A stretch of DNA of 64,000 nt from Myxococcota bacterium (GTDB lineage: Bacteria > Myxococcota_A > Polyangia > Nannocystales > Nannocystaceae): contig JBCCHT010000006.1 of assembly GCA_039028615.1 (NCBI GenBank), positions 1 to 64,000 of the forward strand, read 5' to 3'. Positions within the stretch are counted from its first letter, which is position 1; every line of letters begins with the position of its first letter. Positions 39,075 through 50,845 of this stretch are shown in pieces. A model generated the notes under the pieces. It did not search any database, was not told the origin of the DNA, and saw only the letters and a list, made by a program, of their open reading frames with translations. The translations under genes were made by a program, and so were the position numbers.

Positions 39075-39851
39075 CTAGCCTCTCGTGGTCACCGGCTGAA
39101 CGTAGTGGCGAATGATGCCGACCTCGGGATGGCGCGCGATGTACTTCGCGGCCGCTGGCGCCCATCCCCGGACCCCCAACACCAGCGTCCCTCGGCCTGC
39201 GCTCACGACTCGGTACGGGAGCTGCGCCCGATCGAAGTCCTGCCGGATGCAGCCCCACACGACGTCCCAGGCTTCGCTCGACGAGAAGTACGGGTCGGCG
39301 AAATCGACGGCGATCATCGCCGACTCGTCGGTCACCGTCTCGCTGATCTTCGCTTCGGGCGGAGCGAGTTCGATGGACTCGACCATCCCGCGCAGCTCGT
39401 CGAGCCTCTTGGGCGAGAAGGAGACGATGGAGTGGCGCTCGTCGATCACGACGAGTTCTTGGGCCTCGTACGCATACATACGGAAACCGAGGTTGCCGGA
39501 GCCGAGGTCGTGCGTCACGAGGTAGGACAGCTGCGTGTCTTCATCGATGGGAATGGGAAGACCGTCGGGGCCCACCGCGATCGTCGACGTTCGAAGCCGC
39601 TCGTGATCGGGCGGATCGCGATCGAGGAAGTCGTCCTCCTCGTACTCGTCGTCGTACTCCTCCTCGTCTTCTTCGTCCTCGGGCTCCGGCTCTTCGGGCA
39701 CTCGCTCCTGTTCGAGCTTGGGAGTCTCGACCTCGGCAAACGTTGGTCCGGAGGCTCCGGGGACCTCGGTCGCATTGCGCTCGCAGGCCACGGCACTGAC
39801 ACAAAGCGAGCCCAGGAGGGCGAGTACGGCATTCGAGCGCATGTCGTTCAA
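39075..39851 (-). CDS. Hypothetical lipoprotein with acidic tract
   Basis: AVAC lipobox; EDEEDEEEYDDEYEEDD; 14 bp upstream of the AsnB-like cluster. Confidence 0.7.
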   Translation of the reverse strand: MNDMRSNAVLALLGSLCVSAVACERNATEVPGASGPTFAEVETPKLEQERVPEEPEPEDEEDEEEYDDEYEEDDFLDRDPPDHERLRTSTIAVGPDGLPIPIDEDTQLSYLVTHDLGSGNLGFRMYAYEAQELVVIDERHSIVSFSPKRLDELRGMVESIELAPPEAKISETVTDESAMIAVDFADPYFSSSEAWDVVWGCIRQDFDRAQLPYRVVSAGRGTLVLGVRGWAPAAAKYIARHPEVGIIRHYVQPVTTRG

Positions 39852-40184
39852 CTCTCGATCACGCGAACGTGCGGCGAGCCGAATCGAGCTACGCCCGGCA
39901 ACACTCGCGGTGGGTCACGCAGCCCCCAACGCATCGAGACGCGTCGTCGACATACCGCAATGTCGGTCGCTCGCGTCACCGAAGGCCGTTCTTCGGGCTC
40001 GATCCATACGGGCGAACACGACCAACTTCGACAGCCCTGATTCGGAAATTTTCGAGGCCCGTAGGCCGGGTTGCGGACACTCGTCGACGTCCGAAAAATT
40101 GTCGGGACGGCATCGATTTCGTTGTCGCCTGCCGTATTGGATCCATGTTAGTCAATCAACCCGACAACCACTCATAGGGGGGTC

Positions 40185-41690
40185 ATGGCTAGGTTCAATG
40201 CGCTGTACATCCTGCCCTCGGGGTCAGGTGAATATCACGCGAATCGCTATCGCGTTTACTTCCGGCCCAACCAACAGGGCATGACGGTCGCCGATCTCAA
40301 CAACGAGTTCATGCGGTCGTTCACGTCCATCTTCAATGGCAGTGTCTCCGGTGGCACGACCAATGTGGCCGAAGTGACGCGACGTGGCGACCTGAGCTGG
40401 GAGGGTGAAGCCCCGCTGCAGTTCACGCTGGATGCCGTGTTCGCGGACGCCATCGATGTCCCCGACGTCCGTGACGACTGGGTGGGCATCACGTGGAAGG
40501 AAGCAGGCCGAGGCTTCGCCGCGCAGACCCTCCAGCTCGAGCAGAGCACGGGCCGTCAGGTGGGCGTCGCCGTCATGGGAATCACCCTGGGCGGCCTGCT
40601 CGGGGGCATCCCCGGGGCGGTGCTGGGTACCTTGGTCCTCGACGAAGCCGACGAAGAGCTGATGCTCTCGCACTTCCTCGCGGGTCGACGCTCGTGGGTC
40701 ATCGGCGATGCCTACGACGACGCGGCCGGGGAGTACCTCGAAGAGCCCCCCACCGCCCACGGCCAAGTCTTCTACCTCGAGACGGGTGCCGTCGAGCGCT
40801 TCTCGACCTGGTTTTACCACGTGTGGCCCACGGCCACGCTCGCGGGCCTCATGGCGCCGGGCGGAGACATGCGCTCCGCCATCGACATCGTGTGGAAGAA
40901 CCTCCTCGAGAACTATCTCGACTTCAAGGGCAGCAGCATCTCGGTGGTGCCCACCAGCCAGATCAACCTCACCGCCCCCTCGCCCGACTGGGTGCCGCTG
41001 GGCAGTGAAGGGGTGGTCCATACCTGGGAGTCGTTCGACGGGTGGCGAGACGTTCGGAACAAGGCGTGGACGGCCGAGATGCTCGACCTGCACCCCGGCC
41101 TCGAGATGCAGTTCCCGCGCCCGGTCCAGGCTCCCGTCGATGCCGCGCTGTGCTGGAGCCGCGGTCGTACCTACTTCTTCAAGGGCTCCCGGTACTGGCG
41201 GTACGACCTCAACAACGACCATACCGACTGGAACTACCCCAAGAGCATCTCGCGGCACTGGCCGGGCCTGCCCGACGACCTCGACGCCGCCATCGATTGG
41301 GATAACGGCAAGACCTACTTCTTCAAGGGCAGCCAGTACTGGCGCTGGACCAAGGACGAGGGCCTGGACAGCGGGTACCCCAAGTTGATCGCCGACGAGT
41401 GGCCGGGGATTCCCAACGACATCGACGCGATCTTCGATCACAACGATGGTCGCGTGTACTTCTTCAAGGGCAACCAGTACTGGCGCTGGACCAAGGGCTC
41501 CGAGAGCGCCGACAGTGGGTACCCCAAGTTGATCGCCGACGAGTGGCCCAGCGGGCTCCCCTCGATCGATGCCGGCATCCGTACCGGGCTGCACCGAGTC
41601 TACGCATTCGCGGGCGACCGCTACTGGCGTTGGGACATCGACGACGAGCTCGACAGCGGATACCCCAAGAACATCCGAGACCACTGGTAG
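40185..41690 (+). CDS. Hemopexin-repeat protein with uncharacterised N-terminal domain containing a glycine zipper
   Basis: Four repeats of DAA...YFFKG.QYWR...SGYPK.I...W; GITLGGLLGGIPGAVLG; no signal peptide. Confidence 0.88.
   Translation: MARFNALYILPSGSGEYHANRYRVYFRPNQQGMTVADLNNEFMRSFTSIFNGSVSGGTTNVAEVTRRGDLSWEGEAPLQFTLDAVFADAIDVPDVRDDWVGITWKEAGRGFAAQTLQLEQSTGRQVGVAVMGITLGGLLGGIPGAVLGTLVLDEADEELMLSHFLAGRRSWVIGDAYDDAAGEYLEEPPTAHGQVFYLETGAVERFSTWFYHVWPTATLAGLMAPGGDMRSAIDIVWKNLLENYLDFKGSSISVVPTSQINLTAPSPDWVPLGSEGVVHTWESFDGWRDVRNKAWTAEMLDLHPGLEMQFPRPVQAPVDAALCWSRGRTYFFKGSRYWRYDLNNDHTDWNYPKSISRHWPGLPDDLDAAIDWDNGKTYFFKGSQYWRWTKDEGLDSGYPKLIADEWPGIPNDIDAIFDHNDGRVYFFKGNQYWRWTKGSESADSGYPKLIADEWPSGLPSIDAGIRTGLHRVYAFAGDRYWRWDIDDELDSGYPKNIRDHW
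41316..41548 (+). repeat. Near-identical intragenic duplication (141-bp period) of hemopexin blades 2 and 3
   Basis: tacttcttcaagggc(ag/aa)ccagtactggcgctggaccaagg and gggtaccccaagttgatcgccgacgagtggcc each occur twice. Confidence 0.85.
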
Positions 41691-41766
41691 CGGCCGCTGA
41701 CGCGCTCCGACCCGCACTCTCTCTTCGACTTCCCAACGCGATCGTCATGACGCGACCGAGGCCACG

Positions 41767-44301
<2,535 letters not shown>

Positions 44302-44316
44302 CTGGAGTATCAGTCC

Positions 44317-46266
44317 ATGTCCCGCGACAAGACCAACGAAGCCGTTCGGTTCTTCCTCGACGAGTGGGTAACCGCCGAGCAGCGCCAAGCCCTCGTGGAC
44401 AGCCCCCACACCCTGTATCAGTGGGGGGTCTACTCGAAATACACCGGGGGTCCCATCGATGCGGTGGCCGGCCGTCGGCTCACGCCCAACTTCCACCTGC
44501 GGCTGTCCCGTGACCCCATCCCCCGGCAAGCCGGGTTCCCGGTCACGGCCGACGCGACCTTGGGCGTCGACCCCGTCAGCACCCCGCTGTTCTTCGTGCG
44601 GCGCGTGGCCGACCCGATCCAAGACTCCGAAGAGGAGATCCGCCAGACCCTCCTGAGCGGGCTCTTCCACGGCTCGCTGGCGGCCCAGCGCAGCGAAGAG
44701 TGGGCGGCTCAGGCCGCGGCGGCCATCCACGGCGCCGCCTCGTCGGGCACGCTGTCCCAGAACGTATTCACCCACACCGCGGTCCCCGACGGGCTCGAGG
44801 TCTTGGGCGATCGCGATCAGTTCTTCGAGCTGATGACCAACTGGTTCACCTTCACCTGGGAAGGCAACTACTACTCGCGGTGGGAGAGCGGCTCTACCGG
44901 CACCAGCGCCGATGAGCTCACCAGCGACTATCTCGACCGCAACCTGCTCGAGGTCCAGCTGCGCGACGACTGTGCCTACGCGCGCATCGTGGCCCCCCAG
45001 CACTGGTTTTTGGGCACCGCGCGCCCCGCCACGGTCGCCTTCCGAGAGGTCTACCTCCAGTTCTCGTTCGAGGGCGACCGCATCGACCACGTCGAGATCG
45101 TGCACAGCGTGGGCGTCGACGTCCCCGGCAACACGGCCGACTACTACGACATCTCGTTCTTCTACGCCGAGGACGGCTTCGTGCCGCCCCATACCCGCGA
45201 GCTGACCCCAGTCACCACCTACGTCTCGGGCTTCGTGGTGGGGCACGCGAGCCCGCGCTGGGATCATCATCGCCGCGACGAAGACCCCCAGCAGCTCAAC
45301 CTCGCCCTGTCGCGTCGCCGTGCCGACCACGTGTCGGCCATGCTGCAAGAGCTGATCAACGCGGCGGGGCACGGGGACACGCTCGTCTGCGACCTCGTCA
45401 ACGCCTGCTACATCCCTCCCGTGGGCAGCGATGGTGACGAGACCTCGGGGATGGCCCTCGTCGCGCTCGGAGACCAGGTCACGCGCGTCGAGGCGGGCGG
45501 CGACGAGAATGCCGACGCCGAGTCGATGCGTCGGGCCGAGATCTCGGTGGTCGTGACCCATCAGGTCGCGACCCAGCAGACGCTCGACTACACCGAGACG
45601 GTTCGCTACCGCATTCCCGAGGAGTGCGAGCCCAACGAGACGCGCCGTTGGGCGGTGGCGATCTCGGTGTCGGGCGGAGCGGGCCATGCCGGAATCGGCG
45701 GAGCCTTCGCCTTGGGCAAGCTCAAAAACCGCCTCACCGGCCAAACCGCGCAAGGGGCCTTCACCGGGGGCGGCCCCGGCATCGGCCTGGCCTCGCCGGG
45801 GGCCGACCCGGGCTGGGGCGACTGGACGAACTTCACCACCGCCTACGGCTGCACCTTCGAGGACTTCGACGTCACCGACGCGGTCCTCATCTCCGCCAGC
45901 GTCGGCATCGCGATCTTCGGGGTGTCCGTGGCCTGGCTCGGGTTCCCGACTCTGGGGGTGTCACCGATGTGGATCGGCGACTTCAACATGGGCACCTTCG
46001 GCGCGGACGCGGGGGTCAACTGGGGTGCCTGGAACGTCATCGGCGATCCGCCGGGCCCCCGCTGTTCACCCGAGCGCTGGGAGTCCCGCGAAGAGTCGCG
46101 CCAGATCCAAAGCCCCTTCCGCCTCGAGGGCACCGAGCAGCTCACGCTGACCGTCACCTTCGATACCGGCGAAGACGAGCTGGCCGGCGACCAGCAAGAG
46201 GCGCTGCAGAACTTCGCTCAGCAGATCGTCGCCGCGTATCAGCAGGGCCAAGCCCTCGCACAGTAG
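44317..46266 (+). CDS. Hypothetical protein with circularly permuted OmpA-like domain and Gly-rich insert
   Basis: VVGHASPRW, NLALSRRRADHV, ALGD, RRAEISV, with TFDTGEDEL...ALQNFAQQI at the extreme C-terminus; GGAG SD. Confidence 0.8.
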   Translation: MSRDKTNEAVRFFLDEWVTAEQRQALVDSPHTLYQWGVYSKYTGGPIDAVAGRRLTPNFHLRLSRDPIPRQAGFPVTADATLGVDPVSTPLFFVRRVADPIQDSEEEIRQTLLSGLFHGSLAAQRSEEWAAQAAAAIHGAASSGTLSQNVFTHTAVPDGLEVLGDRDQFFELMTNWFTFTWEGNYYSRWESGSTGTSADELTSDYLDRNLLEVQLRDDCAYARIVAPQHWFLGTARPATVAFREVYLQFSFEGDRIDHVEIVHSVGVDVPGNTADYYDISFFYAEDGFVPPHTRELTPVTTYVSGFVVGHASPRWDHHRRDEDPQQLNLALSRRRADHVSAMLQELINAAGHGDTLVCDLVNACYIPPVGSDGDETSGMALVALGDQVTRVEAGGDENADAESMRRAEISVVVTHQVATQQTLDYTETVRYRIPEECEPNETRRWAVAISVSGGAGHAGIGGAFALGKLKNRLTGQTAQGAFTGGGPGIGLASPGADPGWGDWTNFTTAYGCTFEDFDVTDAVLISASVGIAIFGVSVAWLGFPTLGVSPMWIGDFNMGTFGADAGVNWGAWNVIGDPPGPRCSPERWESREESRQIQSPFRLEGTEQLTLTVTFDTGEDELAGDQQEALQNFAQQIVAAYQQGQALAQ

Positions 46267-46284
46267 CGGCCCTTCGGGCGCGCT

Positions 46285-47499
46285 TCAGCGGCTCATACGG
46301 CCGGCCGCGACCTCGTCCCTCGTCAGCTGATGATGGGGCAAGGTCGGGCCGTCGCCGCCGCGACAGTAGTGGCACGCCCCGAGCGGCTCGCTGCGGTTGA
46401 GGTAGCGCTCGAGTCGCTCGGCCAGGTCCTCGGACTCGAGGTCGACCCCGTCGTCGCCTCGGACCACCTCGACGCCGGCCGGGACCGGCTCGTGCTCGAC
46501 GCGGGCGAGGAAGTCGGGCGCATAGGCGGCGCGGGTACACATGTAGAAGCGACCGTCCCGCACGATGAGGCAGCGATGCCGCAGCCAACACCGCTCGAAG
46601 GTGGTCGCCGCGGTCTCCTCGTCCACGAAGCGAGGCGACAGCACCTGGCTGAACTCCTGGACCTCTTTGATGTTGAGGACGAAGCCGTGCTCCCGCGACC
46701 GCTGGCGCGCCAGCTCGAGCAACGCGGGGCGAACCGGAGCGCTGACGTAGTTGGAGATGGTCATCTCGTCGAGCGCGGGCCAAAACGCGTCGGGCATCGC
46801 CTTGAGGCGCAGGCCATTGGTGAACAGCCGCACCCGGTCCGCCACCCCCGAGCGCCGCAGGACCCCGATGATCTCCACGATCTCGGGGTGCAGCAGCGGC
46901 TCGCCTCCCATGATCTTGATGACGTCGGCGTGGAGGACCGACCGCATGCGCTCGCAGATCGCCTCGACCTCGGCGACCCCGAGGCTGTGCCGCGCCACGA
47001 AGGGCGACATGTTGCAGCAGTTGGCGCAGCGCAGGTTGCAGTGCTCGGCGATGTGGATCTCGAACGCCTCGACCCGCACGCGGCCCTGCTCGTCCCGCAC
47101 GTAGCGCTGACGATCCGGGGAAAAGCCGGCGCGCGGTCGGATGCCCGCCGCCAGCGTCATCGGCCCCGGTCCGCGGAGCACCGTGAGCGTGCACGTCGAG
47201 CCCAGGCGTCGACGGAGCCAGGCTTCGATGGCATCGCCGTCCGCCTCGGGGGCGACACGCACCGCGAACACGGCCGTGTCCTCGAGTCGATAGCCCTCGT
47301 CGCGGCCGAGCCGTCGCACCGCCTCGCGGGCGCTTTGCCGTCGCAGCTGTTCGAAGGCCGCGTCGAGCGAGTCCAGGCCGGAGCCCTCCGCGGCCACGGC
47401 CACCAGCAGGTCCGGTTCGTCCCCGGGACCGAGCGCGCTGGTGGTCTCGCCCGCCTCACATGCAGCCACAACACGCTCGGACACGGACGGGCTCACCAT
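46285..47499 (-). CDS. Radical SAM protein with N-terminal extra domain
   Basis: CNLRCANC, MGGEPLLHP, FTNG, C-terminal Cys cluster; AAGGAG SD before MVSPSV. Confidence 0.88.
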   Translation of the reverse strand: MVSPSVSERVVAACEAGETTSALGPGDEPDLLVAVAAEGSGLDSLDAAFEQLRRQSAREAVRRLGRDEGYRLEDTAVFAVRVAPEADGDAIEAWLRRRLGSTCTLTVLRGPGPMTLAAGIRPRAGFSPDRQRYVRDEQGRVRVEAFEIHIAEHCNLRCANCCNMSPFVARHSLGVAEVEAICERMRSVLHADVIKIMGGEPLLHPEIVEIIGVLRRSGVADRVRLFTNGLRLKAMPDAFWPALDEMTISNYVSAPVRPALLELARQRSREHGFVLNIKEVQEFSQVLSPRFVDEETAATTFERCWLRHRCLIVRDGRFYMCTRAAYAPDFLARVEHEPVPAGVEVVRGDDGVDLESEDLAERLERYLNRSEPLGACHYCRGGDGPTLPHHQLTRDEVAAGRMSR

Positions 47500-47606
47500 C
47501 CTCTCCTTGATACCGGAACGCGACGACCACGGGGGCAACGAAGCGCGCGAGGGCCTGCAACGGGCCTCCACGGCGCGTCTATCGGGTGCCCCTGCCGACG
47601 ACCGGT

Positions 47607-48362
47607 CTATGACTCCGGGCTGGTCTTGGCCTCGGCCGAGGGGCTGGGGTCGTCGCTCGCCTCCGGGTCCCCGGGCTCGTCGCTGCCTTCGGGCCAGCCC
47701 AGCCACTCGAACACCGCCCGCGCACGCTGCACCTTGCCGACGAAGCCCTCCACCGAGTCGGGGAAGTCGGTGCGCCCCTCTTCGACCCACGAGCGAATGC
47801 GGGTCGGCCCTCGAACGTAGGACGCCAGCGCGAGGCGCTGATCGCCATCGAACTTCGCGAGCAAGCGCGACAGGTACCAGGTCCCGGCGTGCACGTTGAA
47901 CTCGGCGTCGTAGACCTTGGTCGGCCGACCGATGCGCTTGCCGATCGACTTGGCCGTCTTGGGCATCAGCTGCATCAGCCCACGCGCACCGCTGCGGTTG
48001 CGAGCCTTGCGATTGAACTTGCTCTCGACCCAGATGACGCCGTTGACCAGGTAGGGATCCACGCCATACTCGGCGGCGGCCGCCGCGACGATCGGCTGGA
48101 TCGCCAGGATCCGAGCCTCGTCCGAGGGTCGCCACATCTTCTCGGGCTCCGGCTCTGGTTCCGGCTCCGGCTCGACCACGGGGGCAGGCGCCGGCTCGGG
48201 CTCCGGCTCCGGCTCGACCGCGGGGGCAGGTGCCGGCTCGGGCTCCGCCACGGCCGGGGCTGGTGCTGCGCTCACGGCCGGCGCCGACTCGACGGAGCCG
48301 CTGCTGCCGACGGCACAGCCCCCCGACAGACCCATCGTGACCGCGAAGACGAGACGGCGCAT
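47607..48362 (-). CDS. SLT-domain lytic transglycosylase lipoprotein
   Basis: VESKFN, GARGLMQLMPKTA, NVHAGTWYL, ALASY; SGGC lipobox. Confidence 0.9.
   Translation of the reverse strand: MRRLVFAVTMGLSGGCAVGSSGSVESAPAVSAAPAPAVAEPEPAPAPAVEPEPEPEPAPAPVVEPEPEPEPEPEKMWRPSDEARILAIQPIVAAAAAEYGVDPYLVNGVIWVESKFNRKARNRSGARGLMQLMPKTAKSIGKRIGRPTKVYDAEFNVHAGTWYLSRLLAKFDGDQRLALASYVRGPTRIRSWVEEGRTDFPDSVEGFVGKVQRARAVFEWLGWPEGSDEPGDPEASDDPSPSAEAKTSPES
48161..48246. repeat. 42-bp tandem repeat (about 2 copies) encoding a Pro/Glu linker
   Basis: ccggctccggctcgacc(a/g)cgggggcagg(c/t)gccggctcgggct twice. Confidence 0.8.
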
Positions 48363-48479
48363 GGCCGGAGTCCTAGCAGATCTCGAAGGCCAGCGTCCGT
48401 CGGCGCTCACGTCCTCGCCCCACGCAGTCGCGAAGTCGCGCGCATCGGCCCATCAACGGCCGCGCAGCCCCGCTTCGGC

Positions 48480-49088
48480 TCACGCGCGCTCGGCCCATGA
48501 CACGTCGACGTGGAGTCGACCGCCGCTCGGATCCCGCATGCGAATGATCGACTCCCCGGGCAGCTCACAAAAGCGAAGCAACCCCTCGAGACCGCCCGCG
48601 ATGCCTTCGAGATAGCCACGCGCGAAGAACTCGGGCGGCAGTTCCTCGTACGAGAGTCGAACGCTGCGCCCCAGCTCGCAGTCGTCGAAGCTCGCCGAGC
48701 CCGCGTTGCGATAGACCTGACTCCACCCGCGCGGCACCATCTTGAAGAAGTGCCGTGGCGACACTCCGAAGAGTCGAATGGTCCCCTGCGCCAACGGGCC
48801 GAGCAGCGGTCCGTTGAGGCTGTCGAGGATGGAGCGCGCGCACACCCGGCGAATCCCCACTTCGCCGAGCACGTCCCACATCGCAGTGTTGAGATCGATG
48901 TCGACGGACACGGGCAACCACTCGCCCCGCCCGACGCCCCGCATCATCGTGCGCGTCTGCTCTGGTAGTGCCTCCAGTATCTGGTCGGACTCGGGCTCCT
49001 CGTCGAGTGCCCGTAGTTTCGCGATCAGCTGACTCCCCCGATATCGTGCCCCCACGGGGTTCGATTCTAGCCCCGAAATCGCGCGCAT
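48480..49088 (-). CDS. Myxobacterial hypothetical protein (DUF2378-like)
   Basis: EWLPV...; PRGWSQVY..AG; pattern recalled from myxobacterial paralog families. Confidence 0.6.
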   Translation of the reverse strand: MRAISGLESNPVGARYRGSQLIAKLRALDEEPESDQILEALPEQTRTMMRGVGRGEWLPVSVDIDLNTAMWDVLGEVGIRRVCARSILDSLNGPLLGPLAQGTIRLFGVSPRHFFKMVPRGWSQVYRNAGSASFDDCELGRSVRLSYEELPPEFFARGYLEGIAGGLEGLLRFCELPGESIIRMRDPSGGRLHVDVSWAERA

Positions 49089-49254
49089 CAGGACTCCCGC
49101 GTGAATGCGCGATCGGCAGAAGTGAATGCCTCACGCGAGGCGCAAGAGTCCGAGAGCCCGATGGACGGCGTTCATCCTCGGTGCCGCGCTGCGTTCGGGT
49201 TCATGCACGCCGTCGATCGATCGTGGGGAACTCACCGACGGCGCTCACCGCTAG

Positions 49255-50046
49255 TCAGTCGACACCCGAGGGGCGCGCAGTCGCGCCCGCGTCGATTCGA
49301 TGCCGGTCGACCCCCGAGGGGTGATGCACTTCGATGGTCCCCGCTTCGGTATCGAGCGAGACCCACATCGTTCGCGCCCCGCTGCAGGTTCCCGTGTTGA
49401 CCATGACGCCCCCCTCGAACGGGGTGATGCCCGGCACGTGGGTGTGGCCCATGACCACGATGGAAACGTCGTGCTCGCGGCTCAGCCCCTGCGCCCCTCG
49501 AGCGTAGGGGCCCTGCGCTCCGCGAAACTTGCGGTCCTTGATCTCCACGTCGCGCTGCTCGAACCACCACGCCAACGGTCGTAGCCCCCATGCGCGTAGC
49601 CGACCGGTGCCCCAGGTGCCGAAGTCGGCCGCCCACGAGGCCTTCACCGCGACGGGATCGAACTGGTGGCCATGGATGAACAGCGTGGGAAAGCGGCCGG
49701 GCATGCGCAGGTGCTCGGGTGCATCCAGGGCCTCGCCCGCGACCTCGTCGTGGTTGCCGAACACGTGCACGTAGGGCGGCTGGTCGAAGCGCTCGCTGAG
49801 GCTCGGCACCCGGCGACGCACCTGCTCGAGCATGCGACGGGCCGCGGCGCGGCTCGGCACCGCGGAGTGATCGGTCTGGTAGATGTCGCCGAGCAACACG
49901 ATCCGATCGTGGTCCGCCTCGAGCTGATCGAGGAACCGCGAGAAGGTCCCCAGGTCGTGACCGAAACCATCGGTGTGGTCACGAGCGCCGATGTGGAGAT
50001 CCGAGAGGGCTGCGATGCGCACGAAAAGGGGCTCCCGCCGCAGCAT
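49255..50046 (-). CDS. Calcineurin-like metallophosphoesterase (LpxH-like)
   Basis: SDLH, LGDI, GNHD, HGH, GHTH, NTG. Confidence 0.88.
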   Translation of the reverse strand: MLRREPLFVRIAALSDLHIGARDHTDGFGHDLGTFSRFLDQLEADHDRIVLLGDIYQTDHSAVPSRAAARRMLEQVRRRVPSLSERFDQPPYVHVFGNHDEVAGEALDAPEHLRMPGRFPTLFIHGHQFDPVAVKASWAADFGTWGTGRLRAWGLRPLAWWFEQRDVEIKDRKFRGAQGPYARGAQGLSREHDVSIVVMGHTHVPGITPFEGGVMVNTGTCSGARTMWVSLDTEAGTIEVHHPSGVDRHRIDAGATARPSGVD

Positions 50047-50050
50047 ACGC

Positions 50051-50845
50051 TCATTGGCCCGGTCGGAGTGCCCAGAGCATCACGGCGGTCGCCGCCGCCA
50101 CGTTGAGCGAGTCGACCCCGGGGGCCAGCGGGATCGTGAGCGCATCATCGGCCCGTGCCCGAACCGGCGCCGAGAGCCCGCCCCCCTCGTTGCCCACCAG
50201 CACGATCGCGCGCTCGGGCGCCCGGTAGTCGGCCACGTCCACGCTCCCGGGCCCGACCACCGCCGCCACCACCCGGGTGTCCGAGCCCATGCTTTCGCGG
50301 AGCTCGTCGATCGTCTCGGGCAGCTGGCGGCTCTCCACGATCGGCAGCGAGAAGCACAGGCCCATCGCCGCTCGGATCGCTCGCCGCGTGAACGGGTCCG
50401 CTCCCCGTCCGTGCACCAGCGCATCCACCCCGAAAGCCCGCGCGTTGCGGACGACCGCCCCGAGGTTGGCGGGATCAGCCAGCGACTCCGCCACCAGCAC
50501 CCGACGCGGGCCCCCGCCCCACCCCGCACACAGCGACGCGATCGATGGCGACGAGGGTCGAGGCATGACCGCGAGGCAGCCGCGATGAAAGTCGAAGCCG
50601 ACCACCTCGCGCACCAGGGCGGCCCCGGCCACGAAGGCGGGCACCTGCTCGTCGATCGCATCACCCAGCCGCTCGCGATGGGCCTCGGTCACCAGCACCG
50701 CGTCGACCGGATGGTCGCTGGCCAGCGCCCGCGCGACCGCGATCTCGCCTTCCACCACCACCTTCGGCCCCCGCTTGCGCGTGGTGAGGGCCGTAAAGGG
50801 CTCGAGGCGAGGGTCTTGGGCGTCGTCAACCGGCCAGGTCGGCAT
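50051..50845 (-). CDS. TrmH/SpoU family RNA methyltransferase
   Basis: DPANLGAVVRNA, GNEGGGL, IPLAPGVDSLNVAAA. Confidence 0.92.
   Translation of the reverse strand: MPTWPVDDAQDPRLEPFTALTTRKRGPKVVVEGEIAVARALASDHPVDAVLVTEAHRERLGDAIDEQVPAFVAGAALVREVVGFDFHRGCLAVMPRPSSPSIASLCAGWGGGPRRVLVAESLADPANLGAVVRNARAFGVDALVHGRGADPFTRRAIRAAMGLCFSLPIVESRQLPETIDELRESMGSDTRVVAAVVGPGSVDVADYRAPERAIVLVGNEGGGLSAPVRARADDALTIPLAPGVDSLNVAAATAVMLWALRPGQ

Noticed and set aside
40105..40125. Sigma54 promoter (CGGCATCGATTTCGT) for the hemopexin operon
   Set aside because: The -12 GC dinucleotide is absent at the required spacing.
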